From Macrostomum lignano (Eukaryota): DNA of 64,000 bases. Of the stretch, positions 63,167-64,000 are shown one piece after another. The notes beneath the pieces are model-generated. The model was not told the DNA's origin. It saw only the letters and a list, made by a program, of their open reading frames with translations, and did no database searches. A program made the position numbers and the translations under genes. The DNA is taken from contig NIVC01003901.1 of the NCBI GenBank assembly GCA_002269645.1, positions 44,624-108,623 on the forward strand. The letters run 5' to 3'. Numbering within the stretch: position 1 is the stretch's first letter; each line of letters begins with the position of its first letter.

Positions 63167-64000
63167 GGTTTAAAATTTAATCAAGGGTTTTTTGTGAAAA
63201 TTTGAAATTTCGAAGTCCGTTTAAATATCAACAAAATCTATTTTTAATGGCTCAGTAGAATTTTTCAGTCCTTATATCCAAATCACCAGGCAATATCGCC
63301 TATATACACACACAGATATGTTTACACGTTACATATGTGTATGCACTAATTATTTTCTTACCGTTATTGAGCATAATAATAATAAAACTGATAACATTCC
63401 CCCGTCGCGTGCATCAGTTAGTTTTAAAGACCTCCACCCCAGACCTGCACCCCACTTCCCCGCGGCCAAATCAGCAGTATCAAGAAAAACAATAACAAGG
63501 CAATAAACGGCGCTTTGCAAGCTCACTTTCACAACAAATTCAGTCCAATTTGCGAGACTCGTACAAAGTGCGGAGGAACTCATGAACATAGGCCTATGTA
63601 TTCCCACTGCCAACAAAGTTTAAATATTGTGGAGATCGGAAGCCAGGTTCACCCAATTCTCAATTAACTATGGCTAATGTACACTAGAGAAGTTTTTTAC
63701 TATTTTTAGAGAATCAGTTTTGGGCTTCCCAGGAACTTATGCTGCTTTCCCGCGCAGAGTCCACCAATCCATTTACATAGAGCTCTATTCGGCTTTTCAT
63801 TGAAGATCGAGTAGGAAAATGAAAGCGTCAAATTTTTCTATTTTTGTCTAATTAGCTTAATTACTTCTCAAAGGATAAAAACATGTTTCATTTAAAATCT
63901 AGAAACTAGTATTCTTTTGAAATGTTTGAAATGTTATTTCAAATTCGTCCTTTCGTTTCTATAGAAATACGATAAAAGATCGAGAAAATTTCTCGAACCA

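Larger units (their letters stand above)
47907..64000. mobile_element. Polinton/Maverick (adintovirus-like) endogenous DNA virus; boundaries uncertain
   Basis: Compact intronless cluster of integrase, penton, MCP, adenain, A32-like ATPase and pPolB. Left end placed tentatively at (AG)6, 47907-47918. No full right TIR or TSD in the window. Confidence 0.93.

Overview
Eukaryotic (metazoan) genomic DNA. GC-rich spliced genes, an innexin, a UspA-family gene and very dense micro/minisatellites suggest a flatworm such as Macrostomum; this is inference. 0.8-5.7 kb: a complete two-coding-exon innexin (-). 6-24 kb: mostly distinct tandem-repeat arrays. 24.2-30.1 kb: a complete 9-exon alpha7-like nicotinic acetylcholine receptor alpha subunit (-, 554 aa). 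31.3-33.3 kb: a 690-aa orphan ORF. 33.6-47.7 kb: decayed DNA transposons (THAP/P element interrupted by a hAT-type insertion with an 8-bp TSD, a long inverted-repeat element, a MITE, Merlin-, Crypton- and Harbinger-like remnants) plus the first exon of a USP gene. ~47.9-64 kb: a near-intact Polinton/Maverick (adintovirus-like) endogenous virus. Core genes are integrase-chromodomain, penton, a basic core protein, double jelly-roll major capsid protein, adenain, packaging ATPase and protein-primed PolB. Its accessory genes form the most interesting part of the window: a divergent TATA-binding-protein homolog, a tandem PC4-like protein, and a Zn-finger/LxCxE/acidic/polyproline protein, i.e. a candidate self-encoded kit for redirecting host Pol II. 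All lesions in MCP and PolB are -1 frameshifts with no nonsense codons, so the element may be intact in vivo. No searches were run; family calls rest on motifs recognised by eye.
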